From the IMG/VR virus record IMGVR_UViG_3300036985_004624: a DNA stretch of 64,000 nucleotides; one strand, 5' to 3'. Each line of letters opens with the position of its first letter. The first letter of the stretch is position 1. The notes below the pieces were generated by a model that worked only from the letters and a program-made list of their open reading frames with translations, was not told the origin of the DNA and did no database searches. Positions 9,232-18,867 of the stretch are shown here, piece after piece. The stretch is from a virus. Made by a program: the position numbers and the translations under genes.

Positions 9232-10260
9232 TTATGCAATCAAGGAAGAAATAATTTCAAAATGATCTTCAAAACATACGGCAGAATCCAATTCGCTTAA
9301 CGGCATAAACCGAGCCTTATCAGCGTCGTCTATTCCCCTCACTTTCGGTAATACTCCGTCGGGAAGATCTATTTTAAATACATGGGTTATTGTGCGGCCG
9401 CGAGTACTTCGATCAATGGCATCAAACACCCTGACTTTATTAATATTACCGATCAGTACAGGGGATGGTACTTTAATCCCGGTCTCTTCTCGCAATTCCC
9501 TAATCATAGCATCTTGTATGCTTCGGTCAGTCTGTGCATTTAAAAACCCACCAGGCAATGCCCATAACCCCTTACCGGGTTCACTCTTACGACGAATCAT
9601 TAGTATATGCCCGGAGCATATTACCACTGCATCTGTTGTTACAAAAACAGGCGCATATGGTAAACTTGAATATTGTTTCTTATACATTTCAACAAATTCT
9701 CGTTCTCGAATAATTTGTTCGTATTCAGGTGTATCTTTCCAACCTTCGAGCAATCTAAATACAGGTTGTGGTACAACACCCTGAATAAAGTGCATATTAG
9801 CATCTCGACGAAAGTAAAGATCACGGATATTTGTAGCATTGAGTGGCTCCAATAACGGAACTTCTACTTGTTCCCATTGCGGAAACATATCAAGATAGAA
9901 ACAAGTGCTATCTTTCTTGTGACCAATCACACCAATTTTATCACCGGGCTGTGTATGTTTTGCCACAATAGACTGAATGCGACCAGCCCATGCTGTATCG
10001 TTATAAATTGTGTCTACATTATGCTCTATGCGAACTGCACATTCGGTTTCCGGAACTATATAGTTCAGAATATTTTCGAGCATGTTTTGGCGGTCTTTGC
10101 TTGTCCACGGATTCTTATAAGTCCGTGGTTGATTGGCACTGCCGACAATGATAATAATTTGTTTGGAGAGTTTGCTTGCTCTACGAATAATTTCTGTATG
10201 AGCGTTGTGGACCGGTTGAAAGCGGCCGATGAATACAAGTGTATGATACTGTTTTGTCAT
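9232..10260 (-). CDS. natV: Bifunctional NMN adenylyltransferase / ADP-ribose pyrophosphatase (NadM-Nudix)
   Basis: FIGRFQPVHNAH, GSAN..RTYKNPW, NATNIRD; Nudix box GLWALPGGF...RELREETG, RSTRGRTIT, DDA, FEDH. Confidence 0.95.
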   Translation of the reverse strand: MTKQYHTLVFIGRFQPVHNAHTEIIRRASKLSKQIIIIVGSANQPRTYKNPWTSKDRQNMLENILNYIVPETECAVRIEHNVDTIYNDTAWAGRIQSIVAKHTQPGDKIGVIGHKKDSTCFYLDMFPQWEQVEVPLLEPLNATNIRDLYFRRDANMHFIQGVVPQPVFRLLEGWKDTPEYEQIIREREFVEMYKKQYSSLPYAPVFVTTDAVVICSGHILMIRRKSEPGKGLWALPGGFLNAQTDRSIQDAMIRELREETGIKVPSPVLIGNINKVRVFDAIDRSTRGRTITHVFKIDLPDGVLPKVRGIDDADKARFMPLSELDSAVCFEDHFEIISSLIA

Positions 10261-10355
10261 AACATAAATCCTATGTTGTTTAATGATATAGTAAAGTCTA
10301 TCTCTACTATTGTTATTTAGCCTTTATTATACAATAACGGCATAATCTTGGTCAA
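10261..10355 (-). promoter_or_regulatory. Early and late promoters plus two-hairpin leader of natV
   Basis: TTGACC-18-TATAAT (10355-10326), CTAAATA (10320-10314); AUAGUAGAG-AUAGA-CUUUACUAU hairpin; AACAUAG-GAU-UUAUGUU hairpin abutting the AUG. Confidence 0.7.
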
Positions 10356-10612
10356 TCTTCGCTAATATTACCCGAGTTATTAACTATGTGCAGGAACTCT
10401 TCCTCTTCTTCGGGTGTCCATTCTAAAAACTCATCGTATATGTCTTCATACGGTTCGCTAAACATGGGGTTTTTTACATTATTGTCTTCCGCCCACTGTT
10501 TGGCTTTAACTAATGCATCTTCCGAAGAAGTTGCATTAATTATAATATGATGTACATCTGATGCAGTAGGTCCGCATTCGACACTAATATTCCATTTTAA
10601 TAATTCTGTCAT
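10352..10612 (-). CDS. Hypothetical acidic protein
   Basis: 86-aa ORF in gene-dense strand. Confidence 0.6.
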   Translation of the reverse strand: MTELLKWNISVECGPTASDVHHIIINATSSEDALVKAKQWAEDNNVKNPMFSEPYEDIYDEFLEWTPEEEEEFLHIVNNSGNISED

Positions 10613-10630
10613 TGTGGACCTATTTATAAA

Positions 10631-10885
10631 TTATTCTGCTTGTTCAGCAATAAACTTATTTCTGATGCTCGAAGCAAAAAACTTGCCTTTAGAAGCTGCT
10701 GCGACAAAGCTCTCCATTGTCTTTTCGTCAACGGCCTTATACAAATAAGTACCGCCGTTATTAAACTTCAATGCAAGATCATTACCTGTACGTGCATAAG
10801 AAGCAACGAGCGAACTTCCTTCAACAGGAATAAATTTTGCAGCTTTATCAATCTTTACCAATTTCTTTGCGTTTGTGTTTGTCAT
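10631..10885 (-). CDS. KTSC-domain protein
   Basis: SSLVASY...LALKFNNGGTYLYKAV...FVAAASKGKFFASSIRNKF. Confidence 0.88.
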   Translation of the reverse strand: MTNTNAKKLVKIDKAAKFIPVEGSSLVASYARTGNDLALKFNNGGTYLYKAVDEKTMESFVAAASKGKFFASSIRNKFIAEQAE

Positions 10886-10970
10886 AAATTCTCCAAGTTA
10901 AAATTTTGTTAAGCCAGTATGGCTGCAACAGTTGTAATATTACTAGTCTGCGGCGCTTTTGTCAAATTTT

Positions 10971-11738
10971 TCATTTAAACTCAACAAATCTGTCAACAAC
11001 AAAGCCCTTCTTACCCGATAGCATTACTGCACCAGATAAAAATCCGCCCTTACCGCAACCGGTATCTAAAAATATCACCTTGCCACCATTCTTATTAGAA
11101 ACGGTCATCGGCTCTGTTATATCAACATTATGAATAGGCATTTTATCATGCCCCACCATAACCGTTTTCCCCAAAGGTACATCTTCTATCCAGTTATATA
11201 GCCTAACAGGATATCCATCATCATATTTTTGACCGTTTGTTTCGCCTACTAAAAACCTAGCCTTCTCTGTTTTACTCATAACAAAGCCAGATTCCCACAT
11301 ACGCTTGTGGCATCCTGCATGTACTAAAGTAAACTCGTCGAATTTATGAAAGAATCCAGAAAACATCTTATCATCTATCATAGAGACATACATTTTTAAG
11401 AAATCTTCCATTCTGTCCGCCCCAACGTCGTCTAATGTACGCTTGGCATCCGTAGAAAAGCTTACTTTTGCACCATCCGCATATCTACGAAATTTATCAT
11501 CGTGATTTCCTATCACTAAACCCGCACGACCTTCGTACATTGCTTCATACATTGCTTTAACTACTTCGAATGGTTGGCGGCCACGGTCAACTAAGTCGCC
11601 CATAGACATAAAGAAGAAATTCTCGCTCTTGGCGAAATTATACGCCTTTTCGAAGGAAGTATAATCTCCGTGGGTATCCCCAAACACTAACATTCCATCG
11701 AAACCATTTTTCACATAATTTTCTAAACTATTATACAA
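10971..11738 (-). CDS. Calcineurin-like metallophosphoesterase (PPP/Pnkp-phosphatase-like)
   Basis: GDTHG, GDLVDRG, GNHD, VHAG, VGH, LDTG motifs. Confidence 0.9.
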   Translation of the reverse strand: MYNSLENYVKNGFDGMLVFGDTHGDYTSFEKAYNFAKSENFFFMSMGDLVDRGRQPFEVVKAMYEAMYEGRAGLVIGNHDDKFRRYADGAKVSFSTDAKRTLDDVGADRMEDFLKMYVSMIDDKMFSGFFHKFDEFTLVHAGCHKRMWESGFVMSKTEKARFLVGETNGQKYDDGYPVRLYNWIEDVPLGKTVMVGHDKMPIHNVDITEPMTVSNKNGGKVIFLDTGCGKGGFLSGAVMLSGKKGFVVDRFVEFK

Positions 11739-12102
11739 TTTCTTCTTCCCAGGGACACTGTTTCCATCCTATTCTATTAAAACATTCTTCTACTAAAGGA
11801 CTTACTAAACCTTCATTAACGCCGCAATAAAAGTCCATATAATCTTCTGTTGTATTGTAAAACATATTGCGTAGACCCGCAATAACTCCAGCGGATCCTC
11901 TCCACGAAATCGACCATATATTTGAATTTATGCCCTTTAACTTATCGATGATTTTTTGATCGCGATCTCTTTCATCTATCTTTTCCCATCGCATATTACA
12001 CATTGCAGCATAGAATTCTCTCGCAAGTTCTTTATTTTCCAAATGTGTAATTATGATTGGGTCGGCAATCATATCTCGCTCTAAATCAGGCGTTAAGTCC
12101 AT
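11731..12102 (-). CDS. Hypothetical protein
   Basis: FYAAMCN, SWRGSAGVIA, DYMDFYC motifs; coupled to neighbours. Confidence 0.7.
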   Translation of the reverse strand: MDLTPDLERDMIADPIIITHLENKELAREFYAAMCNMRWEKIDERDRDQKIIDKLKGINSNIWSISWRGSAGVIAGLRNMFYNTTEDYMDFYCGVNEGLVSPLVEECFNRIGWKQCPWEEEIV

Positions 12103-12872
12103 AATCCGCGGCGCACCTTAACAAGGCGAACAAGCATATCGTCGTCTTCTTGCTGCCACTCTTCTTCTTTATTCTGACGTGATGTCATAGATTTTACATG
12201 ATCTTTATAGTCGTCGGCTTCTCTGTCGAAATCGTCATCAAAACAGCCCAATGAACCCAGGCCTTGATCATTATATTCGACATATTTTTCTTTTTCTCTT
12301 GCTGGTCGTTCATTCACCCACCATCTATACAATGATAAAGTTTCTCTAGCAAAAACGGCCTGGCTGTCACACCTTTCATGCACCGGTAAAGATGGATCGT
12401 CGAGTGTAGCCGCCCATTCTAGATGTTTGATACCTAACTCGGGTCGTCGAAAAGGATAAAATGTTCGGTAAAACGGCATATGCTTCTCAAACCAACTTGC
12501 ATTCTTGCACTCATCCGACCACCAATATGTATGTATTGCTTGCTCGACTTCGACAAAGTCTTTCAACATGTTGAAGTTAGAATGTAACATTAGTGTATCT
12601 ATATCGTAATATCCAGGTTTCAATCCTGTTTTAACGATATGATATTTGTCATATGTACGATGTCGGATCCATTGATCGATAGCTTCATACTTCCATATCA
12701 TTGGGAGTACGATATTTCTTCTAAACTTTGTTTTAAACCAATATCGGATTGGCGCCTTTTCGCTAAATTCTTTTTCAAAAAGACGCCACCCCTTCGAAGT
12801 CATTGACCCGGGAGGTTGAAATTTAAACCAATGTTTAAATTTCCTTATAGCTAATTTAATATTTTTGTACAT
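12093..12872 (-). CDS. Hypothetical Trp-rich protein
   Basis: 259-aa ORF ending LVRLVKVRRGLWT; consensus promoter just upstream. Confidence 0.75.
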   Translation of the reverse strand: MYKNIKLAIRKFKHWFKFQPPGSMTSKGWRLFEKEFSEKAPIRYWFKTKFRRNIVLPMIWKYEAIDQWIRHRTYDKYHIVKTGLKPGYYDIDTLMLHSNFNMLKDFVEVEQAIHTYWWSDECKNASWFEKHMPFYRTFYPFRRPELGIKHLEWAATLDDPSLPVHERCDSQAVFARETLSLYRWWVNERPAREKEKYVEYNDQGLGSLGCFDDDFDREADDYKDHVKSMTSRQNKEEEWQQEDDDMLVRLVKVRRGLWT

Positions 12873-12879
12873 AGAGAAT

Positions 12880-12908
12880 ATAATACAGTATTTTCCCTAT
12901 GTTGTCAA
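12880..12908 (-). promoter_or_regulatory. Sigma70-like early promoter (probably leaderless transcript)
   Basis: TTGACA-17-TATTAT, ATG 7 nt downstream. Confidence 0.7.
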
Positions 12909-12910
12909 AT

Positions 12911-13123
12911 TTAATGCGATAGATTAGCTTTAGAAATAAATGCATTCATTTTTTCGGCTTCTGTAATAATTTCTTCTGTGGTAGGTGCTGTTGTAGCTGC
13001 AGGTCTGGTCGAATTTGCTGCGGCAGCATTGGCGGCATGTTTCCCGTTGAGAATTAATTGGGCGAGTTGTAATAGCTCTAATCTAATTTCGTATGGTGTC
13101 TTGGGTGTAGTTCTCATGTTCAT
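12911..13123 (-). CDS. Hypothetical protein
   Basis: TPYEIRLELLQLA...PTTEEIITEAEKMNAFIS. Confidence 0.7.
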   Translation of the reverse strand: MNMRTTPKTPYEIRLELLQLAQLILNGKHAANAAAANSTRPAATTAPTTEEIITEAEKMNAFISKANLSH

Positions 13124-13132
13124 GATTATCCT

Positions 13133-13441
13133 TTAGGTGATGATAGAGCTTTTTTGTGGCAATGCAATTCCCGTCGTAATACTTTCATATTGACTTTCCA
13201 ACTCTACCAACGGTGTAGTTGTAGCGACAATTAATGATCTATTCAAAGAAATTGTTTTTCCCGGATCTGCCATCACCATAAATGGGCCAAATTGTGGACC
13301 TCGTTGACCCATTACCATTTGTAAAGGATTTTTAATCATAATAGCAGTCGATGTTTCTTCAGAAACGCCTGCTATAATTTCTTCCCCTGTAGATAATTTA
13401 AATACCCGTATATATGATGTGTCTTTTTTCTGTAATAGCAT
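13133..13441 (-). CDS. Small beta-rich, possibly Sm-like protein
   Basis: VFKLSTGEEIIA...IKNP...Y..ITTGI pattern common in T4-like phages. Confidence 0.55.
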   Translation of the reverse strand: MLLQKKDTSYIRVFKLSTGEEIIAGVSEETSTAIMIKNPLQMVMGQRGPQFGPFMVMADPGKTISLNRSLIVATTTPLVELESQYESITTGIALPQKSSIIT

Positions 13442-13509
13442 AGTGTCCTTTTATACTGTTGTGTGTGTGTTTATTATATATGCTAAGTAATTAAATTGCA
13501 AACATTCGG

Positions 13510-15399
13510 TTAAATTTCACATCCGCCGGCCGTACAAGCAAGCATTTGTGCACCTTCCACATTATCATCTAATTCTACAATATTATCCCAATCAATATCC
13601 TTAGGCATTTTAGCCGATAATGCTTCGAATTCTTCTTTAGTACAATCTTCGTATGGTGCTTGTTTATAATTACCACCGTCATAAGGTAAGAAAGATACAC
13701 CTGACATCTCATCGAAGTGATCCCAGACAAATGCACCCACTGCCGGCCATTCTTTTTCACTAACAGAGATAGTTACTGACGGTTTATGCTCACAATAGTG
13801 TCGCTGATAAACAAGCCACAGATTCAAATGCTTTATAGCATCTAATTGGCAACGTAATACTGCCCCGTCAGGTGCTTTCTTTGGGAAAGTAAATACCATC
13901 GTACTACCTGGTTTCATTACATCAGGCTCGCAAGGTACTCCTGCTGCGATCATAGCCTTCGTAAGTGGATCTTTAATATCGCCACGGATACGTCTATAGT
14001 AATAAGCAGCATGGCGTGGATGAATACCGCTTGCTGTATTTGTTAATTGAGATACTGTACCAGACGGCTTAACTGCTGTAATAGCTGCTGCTGCTTGTAT
14101 TCCCAATGATGATGCTAATTTAGTATTTACATCTACCGTTAATGTCTTAATTGCTTCAAGACGTGCAGGTAATTCTTTATCGGATGGGTCATTTAACAGA
14201 TGATTATCTAATATACCGGTCATAGACACACCTAATAAGCGTTCTTGTTCGGTATTGTCGCGCCAAATCTTACGAAGGTAAGGAAAATGAGTCATTGTCG
14301 ACTGGAATGTACCCATTATTGTTGCAATACGGGCTTTCCTCAATAAATCATCTAATGTATCTGTAGATCGAACAATGATTTCGGTCAAATTACAGAATTG
14401 GTATGGACGTAAAATGATCTCTGCACATGGATTTGTACCAAACTCGAAGTCCGGGTTACGACGACCGTTCATCTTAACAATATTCTTTGCTGCTTCTCTA
14501 TTAAATATCCCACGCTCGCCCGATTTAGATTCATATAGTGATAACCACTCTTGCATAAAAATACCCACATCAGGTCGTTCTGTATGGCAAGCACTATTAT
14601 TAGCTAAGGCACGCTGGCCTTGTGTCTCCCACCAAGAACCTGTCTTAGCATTACGCATACGGTCATCAGAAAGATTCGATAAAGAAATCATTGCCGATCT
14701 ACGCACACCGCCTACAACAACCACTTCACCTACCTTACACATAATATCGTGACATTCGATACTATTTAATTTACGTCCTTGAGCATTCTTAAAAATCTTA
14801 ACAACAAACTTGAATAATTCTACCAATGGTTCCGGGCCAGATGCTCGACCACCAAAAGTTTTTAATCTAGCGCCTGCTGGACGAACCTTACTTGTGTCCC
14901 ATCTAGGTGCTTCACCCGAATATAACATTGCAATGACCTGACGCAAAGACTTTGCCCAACCTTCTTTACTATCTGATACAACGATAACAGATTCACTATC
15001 AAAAATTCTTTCTGGTACTTCTGGTAATTTTGCTATATATTGTCTTTCTACACTAAATCCCACACCGGTGCCACATAATAGAATAAACATTGCTTCATCG
15101 AATGCCTTTGGATCGTCGATAGGCAAGTAAGAACAGTTATAACCGGATGTATTATCTCTACCTAATGCTTTACCTGCTGTCATTAAGGCTCGCATAGAAG
15201 GCATGACTTCGAAATTAGTAACTGCACTCTGTAATTCCGATCTTAATTCTTTTGTTAGAGTATAGTTACATTGTTCTTTCAGATGGTCTGTCATAAAGTC
15301 AAAATATCGTACTACAGTTTCATCCCAATTCTCTCGACGTTTCTTAGAATCGATGTATCTGGCGTAGCGACTTTTTGCAATATAGGTTTCGTATATCAT
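13510..15399 (-). CDS. nrdJ: Class II (adenosylcobalamin-dependent) ribonucleotide reductase
   Basis: PSMRALM, YNCS, GTGVGFS, GGVRRSA, TNPCAEI, CNLTE, KPSGTVS, C-terminal ACTAGGCEI; no intein. Confidence 0.93.
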   Translation of the reverse strand: MIYETYIAKSRYARYIDSKKRRENWDETVVRYFDFMTDHLKEQCNYTLTKELRSELQSAVTNFEVMPSMRALMTAGKALGRDNTSGYNCSYLPIDDPKAFDEAMFILLCGTGVGFSVERQYIAKLPEVPERIFDSESVIVVSDSKEGWAKSLRQVIAMLYSGEAPRWDTSKVRPAGARLKTFGGRASGPEPLVELFKFVVKIFKNAQGRKLNSIECHDIMCKVGEVVVVGGVRRSAMISLSNLSDDRMRNAKTGSWWETQGQRALANNSACHTERPDVGIFMQEWLSLYESKSGERGIFNREAAKNIVKMNGRRNPDFEFGTNPCAEIILRPYQFCNLTEIIVRSTDTLDDLLRKARIATIMGTFQSTMTHFPYLRKIWRDNTEQERLLGVSMTGILDNHLLNDPSDKELPARLEAIKTLTVDVNTKLASSLGIQAAAAITAVKPSGTVSQLTNTASGIHPRHAAYYYRRIRGDIKDPLTKAMIAAGVPCEPDVMKPGSTMVFTFPKKAPDGAVLRCQLDAIKHLNLWLVYQRHYCEHKPSVTISVSEKEWPAVGAFVWDHFDEMSGVSFLPYDGGNYKQAPYEDCTKEEFEALSAKMPKDIDWDNIVELDDNVEGAQMLACTAGGCEI

Positions 15400-15458
15400 G
15401 TTTTCTCCGGTGATTGTATAATGATTAATCTGTGGCGATTATCTTTTTAGTTGTTGTA

Positions 15459-15896
15459 TTATTTTATTTTTTTGATTTGTTCTTTTCGATATTTGTCTAA
15501 TATCTTAAATTTTTCTTCAATTTCTGAGTAATTATTTACCGCAGAAAGTTCAAAATTTAAAACAAATTGATTATCGATCACAGGCAACAAATAAATGCCT
15601 TCGTTATCTTCTACAAGATATAATTCTACTGTATTTTGTATATTTAAGAGATCTAATGTATAAAACATTAGTAAACTAATGGAACTTGTGCAGAAAGAAC
15701 CATGAAATAATATTTCCCATGGCGACGGCCATTCCATAGGACTATAATAGTCCAGTGTCCTGGCTCCAAAAGGGATTGTAGAACAAAATTTTGCAATTTG
15801 TTCTAATTGTTCCTCTAAAGATTTCTCTTGTATTTCTACTCTTAAATTTTTCCAAAGACGGAGTCGCTCGTCATTAGAGATTGTGTGCCAAATCAT
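15459..15896 (-). CDS. Hypothetical protein
   Basis: RLRLWKNLR, WPSPWEIL motifs. Confidence 0.7.
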   Translation of the reverse strand: MIWHTISNDERLRLWKNLRVEIQEKSLEEQLEQIAKFCSTIPFGARTLDYYSPMEWPSPWEILFHGSFCTSSISLLMFYTLDLLNIQNTVELYLVEDNEGIYLLPVIDNQFVLNFELSAVNNYSEIEEKFKILDKYRKEQIKKIK

Positions 15897-15906
15897 GATT
15901 AATTAT

Positions 15907-16626
15907 TTAAAGAGAAACCCACTTGATTGTGCTTGTGCTAAACATCAAATCAGTAGGAAAATCGTGTTTATATAATATCTGTATCATTGTATTGGTAACG
16001 GTATCATATTGTGCAATAAGACTCAAATTGCATACATCTGTGGGTGATAAATTAATTTCTGTATGTACATCACTTAGTGATGCAGGAGTAGTATCTGGAT
16101 ATGGAGGATTAGGAATATCGGGAGAAAAATACTCTACGGCAGTAATCTGTAACTGGCCATTTCTAGAAAACGTGGTACCTACCACATTACTCTCTTCTAA
16201 TGATGAATTAGTGACTCCATACAATATATTAATGAACGGTGTCGATGGATACTCTAATGTGTTAGGTCCAGGTCCTACTCTTGTTATATTGACATAAGTG
16301 CCCGATGGTGGTAAAACCCACATATAGGGTTCTAATCTATCAAGTACTGTCGCACCATTTGCACCAGTGTCAACTATTATGTATTCGCCGTTCGAGTTCC
16401 CCATATAGACATTACCGGAATCAGTACATAGTGCTAATTCTCCAGCTAAAAGTACATTAGGATAATTTATCGAATCAAAGTCAGGGTAGCTACCATATCC
16501 TCCGGTACCAGTATACCCAAAAGGGTATACACTATTCGGCCCAGCGGGATTATAGACATAACCATCGAACTGGTCTTGCGTACCACGTCTATTTTGTATT
16601 CTTGAAACTATTACAGGTGTTGCCAT
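15907..16626 (-). CDS. Probable virion structural protein
   Basis: N-terminal VSRIQNRRG and LAGELALCTD..NVYMGN motifs typical of tail/baseplate-associated proteins; late motif upstream. Confidence 0.6.
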   Translation of the reverse strand: MATPVIVSRIQNRRGTQDQFDGYVYNPAGPNSVYPFGYTGTGGYGSYPDFDSINYPNVLLAGELALCTDSGNVYMGNSNGEYIIVDTGANGATVLDRLEPYMWVLPPSGTYVNITRVGPGPNTLEYPSTPFINILYGVTNSSLEESNVVGTTFSRNGQLQITAVEYFSPDIPNPPYPDTTPASLSDVHTEINLSPTDVCNLSLIAQYDTVTNTMIQILYKHDFPTDLMFSTSTIKWVSL

Positions 16627-16653
16627 TTTTATAAATTCCTTTGTGTGATGTAT

Positions 16654-17319
16654 TTAGCAGATACCGAACCGATCATAATAATCACACACGGTGTTCGCCC
16701 ACTTAGTTTCGTAGTGGGTAAATTCGTCACCTTCTATCACAAATTCCTGGTATTTAGCGTCCCGTGTGGCAATCATTATGACACCACGATGAATATCTGT
16801 GCCAAACATCTCATTATGGGAAAGGGTATAAGCGCATAATTGCATAAAATACCCCTCAATCCATTCCCTCCTCTTTTCCTTCAAGCTATTCTTATAATCC
16901 ATAATAGATGGTATACCGTCGTGCAAGCCTACCAAGTCTGTTGTTCCTGCATAAAGGCCCGTCGAATATAAAGATACTTCTGTACCCCAGACTTCACTTA
17001 CTTTAGAGATACCTTTTTTAATTATCAAATTTGCTAAAGATTTTGCCATGAAAGATCCGGTCATAGGCTTGTCTAATATGTAATTTTCTATATTATTATG
17101 CATGCCTGTACCAAGACCGCTGGCTTCTGTGGTAATTCTTGTGGCTTCCTTTTCGCCCACGTTAGCACGCCACTCTAATAGGTGTGTCATATCTTGCGTT
17201 TTGCTAAGGATTGTTGTTACAGACGGGAGTGGTCTGCCTTCACCGACTATATATCGTCTACCGTTTCCTGTATCTACTCGTTTTAAGGGTTTATAGTCGA
17301 ATTTATTTGTTATTATCAT
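16654..17319 (-). CDS. PD-(D/E)XK (Cas4/RecB-like) exonuclease
   Basis: LPSVTTIL, GTGMH, YAGTTDLV, IMDYKNS, YFMQLCAY. ATG 17319 lies 6 nt after a TACACT -10. Confidence 0.88.
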   Translation of the reverse strand: MIITNKFDYKPLKRVDTGNGRRYIVGEGRPLPSVTTILSKTQDMTHLLEWRANVGEKEATRITTEASGLGTGMHNNIENYILDKPMTGSFMAKSLANLIIKKGISKVSEVWGTEVSLYSTGLYAGTTDLVGLHDGIPSIMDYKNSLKEKRREWIEGYFMQLCAYTLSHNEMFGTDIHRGVIMIATRDAKYQEFVIEGDEFTHYETKWANTVCDYYDRFGIC

Positions 17320-17359
17320 TGATAAAGTGTAACACAAAGAGTATCACTAAGTCAATGTT

Positions 17360-18526
17360 TTACCAGCAGATTTTCCACTGTATCGTACTGCCGGTTTGAG
17401 GATTTACTTGTATTAAAATAGTATATCCTAACCCAGCAAAATAAGACAATACGGCATTTAATTGCATTTGAATCGGTTTATTAGTAGTTGTGCCGGCCCA
17501 GACTTCCCAATATAAGTGAGGGTCCGTTCCGAACGTATTATTCGCCGAATTTATGGTAATTACAGCCGGCGGTGCGGGTGGATTAGGCAAAGGTGCTGTG
17601 ACAGGATTTAATACAGCACCTGTGGCAGAACTAGTGTATTGTGATCCGGGTGTAAGTACATTAATTGCCGAAACGGCGTCACCAGTTAATACAACAGATG
17701 TGGTGGCGCCGGTACCGGGGTCTGTTATAATTACATAAGGCGGAAATACAGCGTATCCTGCTCCTATATTTTCTATGATTACTTGTGTAATTGTTCCTAG
17801 TATATTAGTATTCACATATGCTGAGAAACCTGCGCCTAATGGGTAAGGCAATAAAGGATTTATAGAGGAAACAATCTGTACTTCCGCAAGGCTAGGCTGA
17901 TAACCTGATCCTGGATTTAAAATAGCAATCGATAGAATTTCACCTGTTATACTGACTGCTGTAATCGCAAATCTTGCATCAACATACCCGGCATTTGGTA
18001 ACACTGCGCGGGTAGCAACAACTGAATCGAGTGTTGTGTAGCCACTACCTCCTGAAACAATACTGATACCTACTATATTACCTGTTGCGTTAACAAGAGG
18101 TGTTAAATTTGCGTTTATGCCAGCTAAAGAACTTACGTCCATAGTTGCTGGTACGGGTTGATAATCTAATCCACCCGATACCATATTGATAGATAAGATA
18201 CTTCCACCATTTGTTGTAACTGTTGCCGATGCTGTCGACGAAGGTGTGGACCCAACAGGTGGTATAAAAACAACCGCTGGGCTATCCTCATAATAATCGG
18301 CGCCACCATCTACCACTGTTATTGATGTTATACCAGTAACAAATGTCATAGGAGTATTTCCTACCACTGTGGTGCACATTTGGCCGCCGCCGGGTTGGCA
18401 CTGACTAGATGCTGCAAGAACAGCTTGTTGAATTGCACATATTTCTTCCCAGACTACTGGTAGATTTGTTGCAAGGCCTTCCATTTGGGAGGCATTTGGG
18501 AAACCAGTAGTTGTATCACAAGACAT
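17360..18526 (-). CDS. Virion structural protein with GxGY beta repeats
   Basis: Repeated I..I.I...G.GY units (GGADY, GGLDY, GGSGY, PGSGY, IGAGY). Confidence 0.65.
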   Translation of the reverse strand: MSCDTTTGFPNASQMEGLATNLPVVWEEICAIQQAVLAASSQCQPGGGQMCTTVVGNTPMTFVTGITSITVVDGGADYYEDSPAVVFIPPVGSTPSSTASATVTTNGGSILSINMVSGGLDYQPVPATMDVSSLAGINANLTPLVNATGNIVGISIVSGGSGYTTLDSVVATRAVLPNAGYVDARFAITAVSITGEILSIAILNPGSGYQPSLAEVQIVSSINPLLPYPLGAGFSAYVNTNILGTITQVIIENIGAGYAVFPPYVIITDPGTGATTSVVLTGDAVSAINVLTPGSQYTSSATGAVLNPVTAPLPNPPAPPAVITINSANNTFGTDPHLYWEVWAGTTTNKPIQMQLNAVLSYFAGLGYTILIQVNPQTGSTIQWKICW

Positions 18527-18535
18527 GTCTATTTC

Positions 18536-18859
18536 CTATTTAATCTTCGTGGCTTTTTGTGCCATATCGCCAACTCTGGCTGCTGCGTCCTCTCCAGGAT
18601 CACTACCGCCCTGTGCCGAACCTTCTGCATCTGTCATGCGAACAAGTGTAGGTGTTGCATTAAGCACTGCAGGATTTCGACTTAATAATAACATTAAACT
18701 ATTCTCGTCTACCGAATAACCCATACCTTGTAATTGCGAAACAAGATCCTGTGTATTAATTTCCAAAGACCCGGCGCCTTTAGCGCCTATAAGAAGATTA
18801 CTGAGATCTGATTCTAAGTTCTCATTATAATCTTCTTCGAGTATTTCTCTTGCTCTCAT
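18536..18859 (-). CDS. Head-associated hypothetical protein
   Basis: MRAREILEE N-terminus, acidic. Confidence 0.6.
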   Translation of the reverse strand: MRAREILEEDYNENLESDLSNLLIGAKGAGSLEINTQDLVSQLQGMGYSVDENSLMLLLSRNPAVLNATPTLVRMTDAEGSAQGGSDPGEDAAARVGDMAQKATKIK

Positions 18860-18867
18860 TGCGGATA

